Origin: an uncultured Candidatus Saccharibacteria bacterium
GTDB lineage: Bacteria; Patescibacteriota; Minisyncoccia; Phycocordibacterales; UBA2100
Assembly: GCA_964471165.1 (NCBI GenBank)
Contig: CAYYEX010000003.1
Location: 79,499-143,498, forward strand
Direction: 5' to 3'
DNA length: 64,000 nucleotides
In this document: one piece after another, positions 8,392 through 16,763 of the stretch
Position numbering within the stretch: position 1 is the first letter of the stretch
How the letters are laid out: each line of letters starts with the position of its first letter
Made by a program: the position numbers and the translations under genes
Notes under the pieces: model-generated
What the model was told of the DNA's origin: nothing
The model's database searches: none
The model's input: only the letters and a program-made list of their open reading frames with translations

Positions 8392-9276
8392 TTACTCCGT
8401 AAGCTTCTTTTCCTCGTCGATGAAGGACTGGATGTCTCCTTCGAGGACTTTTTCCACATCTCTGCGTTCGTGTTCGGTACGGTGGTCCTTCACGAGCTGG
8501 TACGGATGAAGCACGTATGAGCGAATTTGGCTGCCCCATTCGATTTTTGTTGTTGCCGCAACCGAGAGCCCGCGTGATTCTGCGATTTGCGCATCTTCCC
8601 GCAGCTTAAAGAGCTTGCCGCGCAACAATTCGATTGCTTTTTCGCGATTCTGAGCCTGGGAGCGCTCGCTCGTTACTTGGACAGCGAGCCCTGTTGGGAT
8701 ATGCGTCATGCGAACGGCGGTATCACGTTTGTTCACGTTTTGCCCGCCCGGACCACCTGAGCGCGCAACAGATACGTCGAGCTCTTTATCCGGAATCTGC
8801 AGCTCTCCCGCATCTGGGAGCCGTGGCAGTACTTCGACGAGTGAAAACGATGTTTGTCGCTTACCTGCGGAGTTAAACGGCGACATGCGAACCAACCGGT
8901 GCACGCCTGCCTCATGCTTGAGCGTGCCATAGGCGCCGGCGCCTACTACCTCAAACGAAATACTCCGATAGCCGCCCATCGTGTTTGCATTTGATGAGAG
9001 CGCGAGCACTTTCCAGCCCTTCGATGAGACGAATTTCGTATACATTTCATACAGGATGCGAGAAAAATCTTCGGCGTCGTCTCCTCCCGCTCCGGAGACA
9101 ATGGTGACGAGCGCATCTGACTTGTCGTATGCCCCTTTGCCCTCAAGTTTTGCCTTAAGCTCCTGGTACTCTTTGAGCACCTCTTGTGCGTGGTCTTTGT
9201 TCGACCAAAAATCGGCCGCCCCCATCAACGTTTCGATTTCTGCGATACGCGCCTGTATTGCTTCTTTACCTTCCAT
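8392..9276 (-). CDS. prfB: peptide chain release factor 2 (short form, no programmed frameshift)
   Basis: GGQ motif (SGGPGGQNVNK) and the RF2-specific SPF motif. An in-frame TGA lies about 69 nt upstream of the ATG, and a promoter motif abuts the start, so no frameshifted N-terminal extension is present. Confidence 0.9.
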   Translation of the reverse strand: MEGKEAIQARIAEIETLMGAADFWSNKDHAQEVLKEYQELKAKLEGKGAYDKSDALVTIVSGAGGDDAEDFSRILYEMYTKFVSSKGWKVLALSSNANTMGGYRSISFEVVGAGAYGTLKHEAGVHRLVRMSPFNSAGKRQTSFSLVEVLPRLPDAGELQIPDKELDVSVARSGGPGGQNVNKRDTAVRMTHIPTGLAVQVTSERSQAQNREKAIELLRGKLFKLREDAQIAESRGLSVAATTKIEWGSQIRSYVLHPYQLVKDHRTEHERRDVEKVLEGDIQSFIDEEKKLTE

Positions 9277-9283
9277 CCCGGCA

Positions 9284-9300
9284 GTATACCCCGTGAGATA
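9284..9300 (-). promoter_or_regulatory. copy of the 17-nt motif TATCTCACGGGGTATAC, oriented toward prfB. It ends 7 nt before the ATG.
   Basis: Exact motif on the minus strand. One of seven copies in the window. Confidence 0.5.
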
Positions 9301-9338
9301 TTTTGTGAATCTATCGCAACGAATCGAAAGATTGTGTT

Positions 9339-9355
9339 TATCTCACGGGGTATAC
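9339..9355 (+). promoter_or_regulatory. copy of the 17-nt motif TATCTCACGGGGTATAC, oriented toward the tRNA-Thr genes. Divergent from the prfB copy.
   Basis: Exact motif 64 nt upstream of tRNA-Thr(CGT). Confidence 0.5.
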
Positions 9356-9418
9356 AGTCGCATTGATTGAAAAAGCGAGCGGAATAGCGTATTCTCTCTC
9401 TGTTTCGTCTCAGTTTTC

Positions 9419-9494
9419 GCCACCTTAGCTCAGTTGGTAGAGCATCCCCTTCGTAAGGGGAGGGTCCCCGGTTCAAATCCGGGAGGTGGCTCCA
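9419..9494 (+). tRNA. tRNA-Thr (anticodon CGT), CCA encoded
   Basis: Acceptor stem gccacct pairs with aggtggc. Anticodon stem cccc/gggg with loop ttCGTaa. T-loop is ggttcaaatcc. The 3' end reads tCCA. Confidence 0.8.
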
Positions 9495-9549
9495 GGTTGT
9501 ACGCAAAAAATTTTTGTGTGGGCCTCTGTGTGTCGATGGTTTAGTTGGT

Positions 9550-9567
9550 GTAGTGCCGATGTAGCTC
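9550..9567 (+). repeat. 18-nt direct repeat gtagtgccgatgtagctc. This is a copy of the leader plus first 13 nt of tRNA-Thr(GGT); the second copy is at 9663-9680.
   Basis: Exact 18/18 match lying 113 nt upstream of the real tRNA 5' end. The intervening sequence contains the hairpin ctccgg-tgtaa-ccggag. Confidence 0.8.
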
Positions 9568-9667
9568 CCAGCTTCGCTCGTATGTGCTCGAGCTTCGCAG
9601 GACAAGCAGTAGGACTTTTCACTACCGCTTGCACTTCGAAGCTCCGGTGTAACCGGAGCGTAGTAGT

Positions 9668-9743
9668 GCCGATGTAGCTCAGTTGGTAGAGCACGTCCTT
9701 GGTAAGGACGAGGTCTCCGGTTCAATCCCGGACATCGGCTCCA
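9668..9743 (+). tRNA. tRNA-Thr (anticodon GGT), CCA encoded
   Basis: Acceptor stem gccgatg pairs with catcggc. Anticodon stem cgtcc/ggacg with loop ttGGTaa. T-arm is ctccggttcaatcccggac. The 3' end reads tCCA. Confidence 0.8.
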
Positions 9744-9747
9744 GGTT

Positions 9748-10407
9748 TTAGACGATGTGGTAGTCGCGCAGAGATTCGATTGTTGCTGTCAGCGACTCTT
9801 CTGTCAGCGACTCCGGAGTGATTGAGAGTCCCGCGAAGAGTTTCTGTTCAATTTCTACAAGAAATCCGCAATTCTTTTCGAACCGCTCGTCGTTTTCTCC
9901 ATAGTCTGAACGGGCGCGTGCCTTATAGCGCGCGTGGCCCTCGCACAAACGCGTTTCCATTGCAGTTATTCCGTAGGGTGCCGTGCGCTGGTCGGCGTAC
10001 TCGAGTATTTGTAGTTCGGTTGAACCTTCGCGCAGCACAGTCTCAGCCTTCGAAAAGCCCATCGCCTCAATAAGTCCGATAACCCTGTCTGACGCTCCAA
10101 TCTCCTTTGCTATCGCCGAGGTTGCCGTGTGCTCATCAAGGCCGTAGCGCTCCCCACAGTCTTTTTTTACCTCTTGCCAGTACTCAATACCTTTCTCTCC
10201 ATAAAATTCTGGCGGGAATTGCGAAAAGTCGGCTTTCATAATGTTGCCCATGTCATGAAGCAGTCCTGCACGGGTAACCGTGTCAGCATCTGCCTTCAGC
10301 TCACTCGCCATAGCGCGAGCGAGGGCGGCAACCCGCATTTGATGCTGCCGAAGGTTGGGCATAATTCTGTATTTTTCGTACGCCTGCCATGCTGTCATAC
10401 AGGGCAT
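9748..10407 (-). CDS. HD-domain phosphohydrolase
   Basis: H...LLHDMG motif (the HD signature) in a 219-aa protein. Confidence 0.6.
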   Translation of the reverse strand: MPCMTAWQAYEKYRIMPNLRQHQMRVAALARAMASELKADADTVTRAGLLHDMGNIMKADFSQFPPEFYGEKGIEYWQEVKKDCGERYGLDEHTATSAIAKEIGASDRVIGLIEAMGFSKAETVLREGSTELQILEYADQRTAPYGITAMETRLCEGHARYKARARSDYGENDERFEKNCGFLVEIEQKLFAGLSITPESLTEESLTATIESLRDYHIV

Positions 10408-10443
10408 GGTAACAGGGTAATTCTCAAAACCAATAGGAGGTTA

Positions 10444-10459
10444 CACCCCACGAGATAAA
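10444..10459 (-). promoter_or_regulatory. degenerate inverted copy of the 17-nt motif (minus strand TTTATCTCGTGGGGTGT) upstream of the HD-domain gene
   Basis: Matches the motif at roughly 14/17 positions. Divergent from the exact copy at 10493-10509. Confidence 0.35.
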
Positions 10460-10492
10460 CACCCCCGTCGTTCCGCATCATCTATTGCAGCC

Positions 10493-10509
10493 TATCTCAC
10501 GGGGTATAC
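10493..10509 (+). promoter_or_regulatory. copy of the 17-nt motif TATCTCACGGGGTATAC. It ends 7 nt before the ATG of the iron-permease-family gene.
   Basis: Exact motif. The TATACT element occupies a -10-like position for a near-leaderless transcript. Confidence 0.5.
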
Positions 10510-10516
10510 TAGTGGC

Positions 10517-10891
10517 ATGCATGAAATCTTTCGTCGAATTGCCCAAGAAGCAAGTCGCGCCATGGGAGCACCGTGGGCCTTTGCGCTCGCGTGTTTTATA
10601 ACACTCTTATGGGCACTCTCTGGACCATACTTCGGGTATTCCGACACCTGGCAGTTGGTAATTAACACCGCAACAACCGTACTCACCTTCCTTGCGGTCT
10701 TTCTCATTCAAAACACACAGAACCGCGATGCGCATGCCATACACTTGAAACTCGACGAGCTCATCAAAGCGCAGACCGAGGCACGCAACCAACTCATCGA
10801 TGTTGAAGACCTCTCCGATGAGCAGCTCGAAGTCCTCCAAAAGGAGTTTGTTCAATTCCGAGATGACTCAAACGCAGCCGAGCTCAAGTAG
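10517..10891 (+). CDS. low-affinity iron permease family protein (PF04120-like small 2-TM protein)
   Basis: SDTWQLVINTATTVLTFLAVFLIQNTQNRD...HLKLDELIKA closely matches the bacterial Fet4-like family signature as I remember it. Confidence 0.7.
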   Translation: MHEIFRRIAQEASRAMGAPWAFALACFITLLWALSGPYFGYSDTWQLVINTATTVLTFLAVFLIQNTQNRDAHAIHLKLDELIKAQTEARNQLIDVEDLSDEQLEVLQKEFVQFRDDSNAAELK

Positions 10892-10902
10892 CGCTTCAAC
10901 AA

Positions 10903-11433
10903 CTACTTGGTGAGTTCGTTTATCTTTGCCTCCACTTCCGAGATATTCATCGGTCCGTGTTGGTGGTAGAACACCTCGCCTCGGTCGTTGATAAACAACG
11001 TCTCAGGCATCGCATAGCCCTCAATAGATTTATAGAACGCATCGTCAGGATCAAGGAGGAACAGCATACTCTCTCCCACGGCGAGTGCGTCGGTAAACGG
11101 TTTTGCAACCTGCACCGACTCGGCACGATTTGGTGCCAAAATCTGGATGCGGTCTCCGTATTTCTTCTTCAGCGTGGTCAGATTGTTTATTTCGTCTGCG
11201 CAGTACGTGCACCACGTTGCCCACGAATGCACAACGAGAATTTCGCGTTTAAATTGCGATAGTCGCACGTCGGCACCGCTGTAGTCTTTCAGCACAAGTT
11301 CGTATTCTTGTGTGAAGTTCGTAATGCCGGAGCGCGGATGATAGCGCCAGTAGAAAAGTCCGAGCGCAATCAGCACAATGGCAGCGGCAGCAAGCGCGAT
11401 ACGTGTGGCTCGTGACTGTGGCATTACTCGCAT
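10903..11433 (-). CDS. TlpA/redoxin-family thiol-disulfide oxidoreductase, membrane-anchored
   Basis: N-terminal TM. Thioredoxin-fold CxxC motif in SWATWCTYCADE. Confidence 0.75.
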   Translation of the reverse strand: MRVMPQSRATRIALAAAAIVLIALGLFYWRYHPRSGITNFTQEYELVLKDYSGADVRLSQFKREILVVHSWATWCTYCADEINNLTTLKKKYGDRIQILAPNRAESVQVAKPFTDALAVGESMLFLLDPDDAFYKSIEGYAMPETLFINDRGEVFYHQHGPMNISEVEAKINELTK

Positions 11434-11434
11434 A

Positions 11435-13162
11435 TTAACCCGTCCAGTTGAAGAGGAGAATCGAGAAGTCGGCCAAGTTTACCGTATTGTCCTCGTTGAT
11501 ATCGGCATCGGGGTCATCCTCGTTCCAATGCGTGAGCAAAATCGAGAAGTCGACCAAGTTTACTTTTCCGTCTTTATTGATGTCGGAGCGATTGTCGTTA
11601 TCGACCTGTCGCGATGGAGCCTCCCCCACTCCCACGTACACAGGCGCGCTGTATTCACTCGAGGCAGATGGGGTAACTGTTTTTACTTTAATATCATACG
11701 TGCCACGTTTTAAATCTTTTGCGGGGATTGTAAACTCCCAGACTCCACCAGTGCCTGCAGCATTCTCTAGTGAGGTAGACGCTGTGTACTCCTTCGCTAC
11801 CCCCGCTGTGCCACTTGCCGGCACATCGCGAACAATGAGGTGAACGATGGTTCCCGGCACTCCAACGCCGGAGACACGCACACTCTCGGCCAGAGCAACC
11901 GATTCGGAATCGGGCGAAATCGTTGGTGAAAGCAGAACTCCGGTAATACCGTTTACCGTACCGGCATTCAACGTGAGCGTCGAAGAAAAACGTGACGACT
12001 TTCGTGCTCTTGCGTCAGTTGCAAAACTCACGAACGAATAGGTGCCTCGCTCAAGCGCTGAAATTGTTGTGCTAAATGCGCCGCTGCTTCCCGCAAGCAC
12101 GTTGGCCTGCTGCGTGCCGTCTTTCAATATTGTTACCGAGCTGTTTGCTGGTGCAAATCCGGAAATCTTTACCGTTGACTGGAACAGCAGTGAGCTGCCG
12201 CCCGCAAATGAGCCCGCTCCTCCAGAACCACCTGCCCCACCCGCTCCCGTAGACGCAACCCCCGGCGTATTGCCATCCGATGTCGTAACCGTTGGCGTGG
12301 TTGCGAGTGAAAACGTGTGCACGTAGTCGCTCTGTGCTGTTGCTCCGAATGTGTCGCGACAACGGATGTAGTACGAATAGGTTCCCCCGTCAGCGAGGCC
12401 GCTCACAACGCCGTAATGGAGTTGCTGGCCAACCGCTGAAAACGTGTTTGGCATTGATGCATACGTGATTCCAGAGGATGTGGCGTATTTGCAGGTCGCC
12501 ATAACATTTGTTTGAAATGAGAGCTCAACCATGGCGCTTCCAGCCGGAATTGTTCCTGTCGGGAGCGCATTTAATACCTGTGGCGCATTATCGGTGACGA
12601 CAGTCGTAAGCGTAATCGGGGTCACAACCACAAACATTGCTTTGGCGTCGTCGATTGGGGTTGCGCCGTTTGCCGTGTTCACACGAACGCGGTACGAACC
12701 AGGGAGCGCTGGGTTGACGGGCGATACATCTCCAACAACTTGGTGAGTCGCATTCGTGCCAAGAATAACGCGCACTGATTCATTTGCTGCAATGCCACTA
12801 CCCGATGAAAGCGCAATCGTGATTGAACCCGAGGCACCGCTTACAACCGTGACGCCGTCTTCGCTCGCACTCGGTAACGCTGCAAGGTTGTGTTCCGCAT
12901 ACGGTCCGCCGTTGGAGACTGCAACATCAACGTCGGTAAAATCAAATCCTCCGGGAATACTGAAGGCATCTTCGGGAGTAATGGTAATCGTTCCCGATGC
13001 GGGCACTGCGTTTCTGACCGTGAACGTAACAATATGGTTCGCGGCACTCGAAGGCACAGAAGTTGAAATGAGATCCGAAATCGGTGACATGTATCCCGCC
13101 TGTACAGTATGCAAAGCAATGAGCGGTAGCACGAACGTTATTACAACAAGAAAGCGCCGCAT
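11435..13162 (-). CDS. secreted Ig-like/beta-sandwich repeat protein with a C-terminal type-I dockerin domain
   Basis: Signal peptide MRRFLVVITFVLPLIALHTVQA. The ORF extends to 13429, but the start was chosen at 13162 just after the upstream stop. The C-terminal tandem DINKDGKVNLVDFSILL ... DINEDNTVNLADFSILLFNWTG forms canonical dockerin Ca-binding repeats. Confidence 0.7.
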   Translation of the reverse strand: MRRFLVVITFVLPLIALHTVQAGYMSPISDLISTSVPSSAANHIVTFTVRNAVPASGTITITPEDAFSIPGGFDFTDVDVAVSNGGPYAEHNLAALPSASEDGVTVVSGASGSITIALSSGSGIAANESVRVILGTNATHQVVGDVSPVNPALPGSYRVRVNTANGATPIDDAKAMFVVVTPITLTTVVTDNAPQVLNALPTGTIPAGSAMVELSFQTNVMATCKYATSSGITYASMPNTFSAVGQQLHYGVVSGLADGGTYSYYIRCRDTFGATAQSDYVHTFSLATTPTVTTSDGNTPGVASTGAGGAGGSGGAGSFAGGSSLLFQSTVKISGFAPANSSVTILKDGTQQANVLAGSSGAFSTTISALERGTYSFVSFATDARARKSSRFSSTLTLNAGTVNGITGVLLSPTISPDSESVALAESVRVSGVGVPGTIVHLIVRDVPASGTAGVAKEYTASTSLENAAGTGGVWEFTIPAKDLKRGTYDIKVKTVTPSASSEYSAPVYVGVGEAPSRQVDNDNRSDINKDGKVNLVDFSILLTHWNEDDPDADINEDNTVNLADFSILLFNWTG

Positions 13163-13163
13163 A

Positions 13164-14009
13164 CTATAAATCTTTGACGCAGCGGAATCCGGCAGCCTCG
13201 CCTGCGAATGACGAAGGCACCGTAATGTTGATTGCGTATTGTCCTGCATCGGCCTGACTATTCCAGTAGCCGCCGCGCAAAATACCGCGCGTGTCGGTTG
13301 GGTCGAGCCAGAAATAATCGTTGAAAAACGATTCATCGGGAGTGTCGTGGTTAGTCGCAACCGGTGTGCCGTCTCCATCGATTCCCGTAATGTATCCCTC
13401 TTCAGGAAGCTTTTTTCCTTTGAACTCACCGTCGGTCACTGTTTCTTGCATCCACTCCCACGCGTTTCCAATCATGTCATACGCGCCCGACGGCGACACA
13501 CAATCTTTTCGTACGCCTGTTTTGTCCACCGCACCGCTGCCACGCAGACCCACGTTGCAGCTATCACTGGTGAGCGTTTCGCTGTCGGGCGTACCGAGCG
13601 CAGCTTTGTACCACTCAGATGCGCTCGGGAGCCGCTTGCCTGCACGCGCGCACGCATATTCCGCCTGGTCACGCGAAATGTTTCTCCACGGAGACTTTTT
13701 TGCAACGCTCGTCGGCTTACATGCCGAGATGGCAAGGTTATCGCTCGTTTGTGCTTTACTCGCAGGGTCTAGCGATGGACAGGAATCATTGGCAGATGCT
13801 TCATACGCGTCGATGCAGAAACCACCCCCGGTAGTGCCCACAAACGCCATTCCACTCGGGCATCTGCTCGCTTGCCCAGCAACTGCACTAAACGCCGCGC
13901 CGAGCATGGAGTTCTGCGGGGTGTCGCGATTATCAAATGCATTCAAACCGACTGTCGTGAATACGACCGTGCATACTGTCACAACGATCCATCGCAGGAG
14001 CGCTTTCAT
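13164..14009 (-). CDS. formylglycine-generating enzyme (FGE/SUMF1) family protein, secreted
   Basis: GNAWEW, RGGYWNS and GFRCV motifs of the FGE-sulfatase domain. N-terminal signal or anchor. Confidence 0.75.
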   Translation of the reverse strand: MKALLRWIVVTVCTVVFTTVGLNAFDNRDTPQNSMLGAAFSAVAGQASRCPSGMAFVGTTGGGFCIDAYEASANDSCPSLDPASKAQTSDNLAISACKPTSVAKKSPWRNISRDQAEYACARAGKRLPSASEWYKAALGTPDSETLTSDSCNVGLRGSGAVDKTGVRKDCVSPSGAYDMIGNAWEWMQETVTDGEFKGKKLPEEGYITGIDGDGTPVATNHDTPDESFFNDYFWLDPTDTRGILRGGYWNSQADAGQYAINITVPSSFAGEAAGFRCVKDL

Positions 14010-14040
14010 TCACTCTAGTATAACGTGGCCGATGGATATG

Positions 14041-14445
14041 CTACGCAATCATCCGACGTCCGCGTCGGAAATCCATATAGTAGTTTGCGGCAACAAGAAC
14101 GAGCACAAGGATGCTGACGCAAAAACTTGCGGCCGCCAATGTGCGCGTACTGGTGAGCGACCCGCCCGAGATAGCTGCCACAGTTGCTTCGCGCGCATCA
14201 AGATCTGCCTGTTTTTGTGCGAGCTGCTCTGCTGCAGTGTTATACGGATTTGCCGGCACTCCAGCTGTCATGCCAATAACTGCGCTTCCCGCCATAGAGG
14301 CAGCGGTGTTTACCAGGACCTTCGGCGAGTCAATTGATGTGGCATACATAAACAGCGCAAGGGCAATCACAATCGCTGTGCGTCGAATCACCTCTTTTTC
14401 GTGTGAGACTGTATTTGGGCGCTTCTTCATGCATGTATTATGCAA
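14041..14445 (-). CDS. small 2-TM membrane protein
   Basis: ORF with two hydrophobic helices. Overlaps the upstream gene by 8 nt, so it is likely co-transcribed. Confidence 0.45.
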   Translation of the reverse strand: MHNTCMKKRPNTVSHEKEVIRRTAIVIALALFMYATSIDSPKVLVNTAASMAGSAVIGMTAGVPANPYNTAAEQLAQKQADLDAREATVAAISGGSLTSTRTLAAASFCVSILVLVLVAANYYMDFRRGRRMIA

Positions 14446-15511
14446 ACATCAGGAACAAAAGTACGAGGAACATGATGGCGAGGAACAAGAGCGCAAGGGC
14501 TATGATGAGCAGCTTTGGAACCGGCGACTGATTGCGACGCGCATATAAATCTCCCCCACCGCGTCCCCCGCTCATTTCGCGGAGCTTACGCGAGATATAC
14601 ATACGCACGAGCATATAGAGCACCAGGAGTGCCGCGAAGAGTGTGCCGAGCACGGTGAGAATAGGCTTGAGTGGAAGCACCCAGAAACTCGTCGCAGCGG
14701 ATACGGTTTTTCGACCATCTTCGCCGTAAACCATGCTCACAACTGCCTGGTATCTGCCAAATGCAACTCCGTCGTATTCCCACGTTTCAGTAAATGTTTT
14801 ATCGGTTGCCGGGAACACACCCGCCCCTATATCGTTTACTTTGACAACGCCGACTTTCGAACCCCGCATGTCAGTAATTTCTATAAGACCGTGCGGTCGT
14901 AGCAGAACATTACCGAGGTTGGCTATTCGCGTCTGTATATCTACCTGCGCTGCCGAACCATACACAATGTGCCCCGTTGAAAATTCGCGCAGCTGGGCGT
15001 CCTCAACCGCGTCGCCTGCAATGCGTAGATTGATGATTGAGCCAATTTTCAGACCGATTGCAGCCCCGTTCTCTCGCTGCTTCGGCGGTCGTGCGTCCAA
15101 AAAGACGCCGCCAAAGTGCGCACCCGGAGACGCGTCATTCGGCACACGAATGGTAAATGGAACACTTCGCGCTTCGTTGGGCCCGAGTGTAATCTGCGCA
15201 TCCGGCAATTCAATCCACGAACTTAATTCATATGGCGTAATTTCTGTTTCCTCGGAAAAGATTGGCAGGCCCGCATCAGTGAGGCCTGAAATATCTTGTG
15301 CAGTGAGATAGAACGTCTTTTCGCTACTGGAAATATTCGTGACACGAATCGTAAAGTTATAGACTTCGCCAGGATCCGCACGGTCTTCAATAACAGCCGG
15401 CTTGATTTCGATACCTTCTGATAATTGTGCAAATGCAGCGTTTGCCCCTATCAGTAATGTAAGGACGATGACAGATATGCCTACAAGCTGGTTTCGCAGT
15501 GTTGCGTTCAT
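14438..15511 (-). CDS. cell-surface protein with DUF916/CscA-like architecture (signal peptide, ~270-aa ectodomain, TM, cytoplasmic tail)
   Basis: Paralogous to the 17015, 18352 and 36775 proteins. Shared blocks include VPNDASPGAHFGGV, LREFSTGHIVY, NLGNVLLRPHGLIEITDMRGS and GRYQAVVSMVYGEDGRKTVSAATSFWVLP. The family assignment is by architecture and memory, not by search. Confidence 0.55.
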   Translation of the reverse strand: MNATLRNQLVGISVIVLTLLIGANAAFAQLSEGIEIKPAVIEDRADPGEVYNFTIRVTNISSSEKTFYLTAQDISGLTDAGLPIFSEETEITPYELSSWIELPDAQITLGPNEARSVPFTIRVPNDASPGAHFGGVFLDARPPKQRENGAAIGLKIGSIINLRIAGDAVEDAQLREFSTGHIVYGSAAQVDIQTRIANLGNVLLRPHGLIEITDMRGSKVGVVKVNDIGAGVFPATDKTFTETWEYDGVAFGRYQAVVSMVYGEDGRKTVSAATSFWVLPLKPILTVLGTLFAALLVLYMLVRMYISRKLREMSGGRGGGDLYARRNQSPVPKLLIIALALLFLAIMFLVLLFLMFA

Positions 15512-15559
15512 GGTTGCTGATCGAAAAAAGATTATGTGATTACTCTACCACGGCCCCTG

Positions 15560-15597
15560 CATGCAACATCCCCGCTACACTGCGGGGATGTTGCATG
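15560..15597. other. perfect 16-bp hairpin (catgcaacatccccgc-tacact-gcggggatgttgcatg) in the intergenic region between two surface-protein genes
   Basis: Seen in the sequence. Lies between the stop at 15618 and the next start at 15511. It may be a terminator or attenuator without a clear T-tract, or an operator. Confidence 0.6.
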
Positions 15598-15617
15598 AAA
15601 ACAAGACTTTTTCGAGC

Positions 15618-16763
15618 TTAGAAGATAGGTGTTGCGACGTAGGTCAGTGTGTTGGTGTAATCAGAACCTGCTTCCTGCAGCGTTCCGATTTCCAATTTGT
15701 ACGCTACAGTCGTCGAGCCTACACCGGCGGTTACGCCATCAGCTGGAGCGTTGTGATACATCACTTGGCGAGGCACGTTGAATTCACCAGAGAAGAGCTG
15801 TGTGCCGAACTCATCGCCACCTGATAGCACTGCGTCGTCACTCGTGAGGCCGAGGTGTCCATACGTGGCTTCTGTACCAAGTGTATTGAGTGGAGATGTC
15901 CAGGCGGTGGGCGTGCTATTAGCACCATCCTTGAAGGTGTCGATATCAGCACCCGTTGATGAGAGGAGGTTTGTGTCTTCGACAACAGTCACCGAGTAAC
16001 CGAAGGCAGCGTTTGTGACTACGTTCAACCGTTGACCGAGCACTTTTGGCGCACCGGCCGTCAGCGTACCGAAGGCCAGATACGTCGATGAGGAGAATCC
16101 GGTCAGTGTTTCGCCGTTTACAACAGACGATGTAGCCATGCCGGTAATCGAGAATGTGAATGTTGTGTCCACCGAAGCGGTTACAACCACATCGTCGATG
16201 GCAACAACACGCGTTTCGCCGAAGTCGCTGTTACCGCTGTTTGTCATCGTGATGCGGTACGAGCCAGCCGTAATAGGATTGGTGATAATTGGCGTTGAGG
16301 TACCGATAACAAGTGTCTTTGCTCCCGAGGTAACAGTGTCACCCGCGCAGACCGTGAAGGAAAATCCTTCCGAGCCACCGGTGTAATTTTGCGAGAATGT
16401 GACTTCGTCTGACCCACCACCGCATGTGGTAACGAGCGTCATGCCCGTAGTTTGAATCTGCGTCGTGGTTGCTGATGGACCAATCATTGAGAAGTTGCTT
16501 CCTGCAGGATCGAGCACAAATGCCATCACGCTCCCTGCTGGAGATGATGATGCTGTTGTGAAGCGCACAACGTGCTTCGTTGCGACGCCGAGATCGGAAT
16601 CCGACAGCGTGTCGCTGATGCTCGTCACCTGTGCGGCGTCTGCCCTATGCATAAGCAAGGGTGCGCCCGTGGCCCACAGCAAGGTTGCGATGATGAGAAC
16701 CATTGCAAGGGGCGACGAGAGGACCGACGCAGCCGGATGCTTAACTTGTTCGAATAGGTTCAT
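15618..16763 (-). CDS. secreted surface protein (381 aa), partner of the DUF916-like anchor. C-terminal tail ...TLTYVATPIF.
   Basis: Signal peptide, a Thr/Ser/Gly-rich beta-rich composition, and a conserved C-terminal block shared with the 19704-21041 protein (YK[LV]E...Y.[VI].TP[IV]F). Confidence 0.55.
   Translation of the reverse strand: MNLFEQVKHPAASVLSSPLAMVLIIATLLWATGAPLLMHRADAAQVTSISDTLSDSDLGVATKHVVRFTTASSSPAGSVMAFVLDPAGSNFSMIGPSATTTQIQTTGMTLVTTCGGGSDEVTFSQNYTGGSEGFSFTVCAGDTVTSGAKTLVIGTSTPIITNPITAGSYRITMTNSGNSDFGETRVVAIDDVVVTASVDTTFTFSITGMATSSVVNGETLTGFSSSTYLAFGTLTAGAPKVLGQRLNVVTNAAFGYSVTVVEDTNLLSSTGADIDTFKDGANSTPTAWTSPLNTLGTEATYGHLGLTSDDAVLSGGDEFGTQLFSGEFNVPRQVMYHNAPADGVTAGVGSTTVAYKLEIGTLQEAGSDYTNTLTYVATPIF

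Noticed and set aside
8392-9370. Programmed +1 frameshift in prfB
   Set aside because: I traced the frame upstream of the ATG by hand. An in-frame TGA occurs about 69 nt upstream, and the region is occupied by promoter-motif copies, so there is no upstream ORF segment to shift from.
9225-9725. 166-aa minus-strand ORF spanning both tRNA-Thr genes
   Set aside because: It overlaps two well-folded tRNAs and the promoter motifs. The translation has no protein-like features.
13164-14009. A sulfatase partner for the FGE-family protein
   Set aside because: No protein in the window has sulfatase motifs (C/S-x-P-x-R followed by a GKWH-type pattern), so no such feature was annotated. The question is left as a finding.
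13321-14337. 338-aa plus-strand ORF, and many other plus-strand ORFs of 60-260 aa (e.g. 29144-29842, 56538-57176, 51486-52070, 39826-40638)
   Set aside because: They lie antisense to well-supported minus-strand genes, have low-complexity Ala/Arg/Ser/Pro-rich translations typical of shadow ORFs in GC-rich coding DNA, and lack start contexts.
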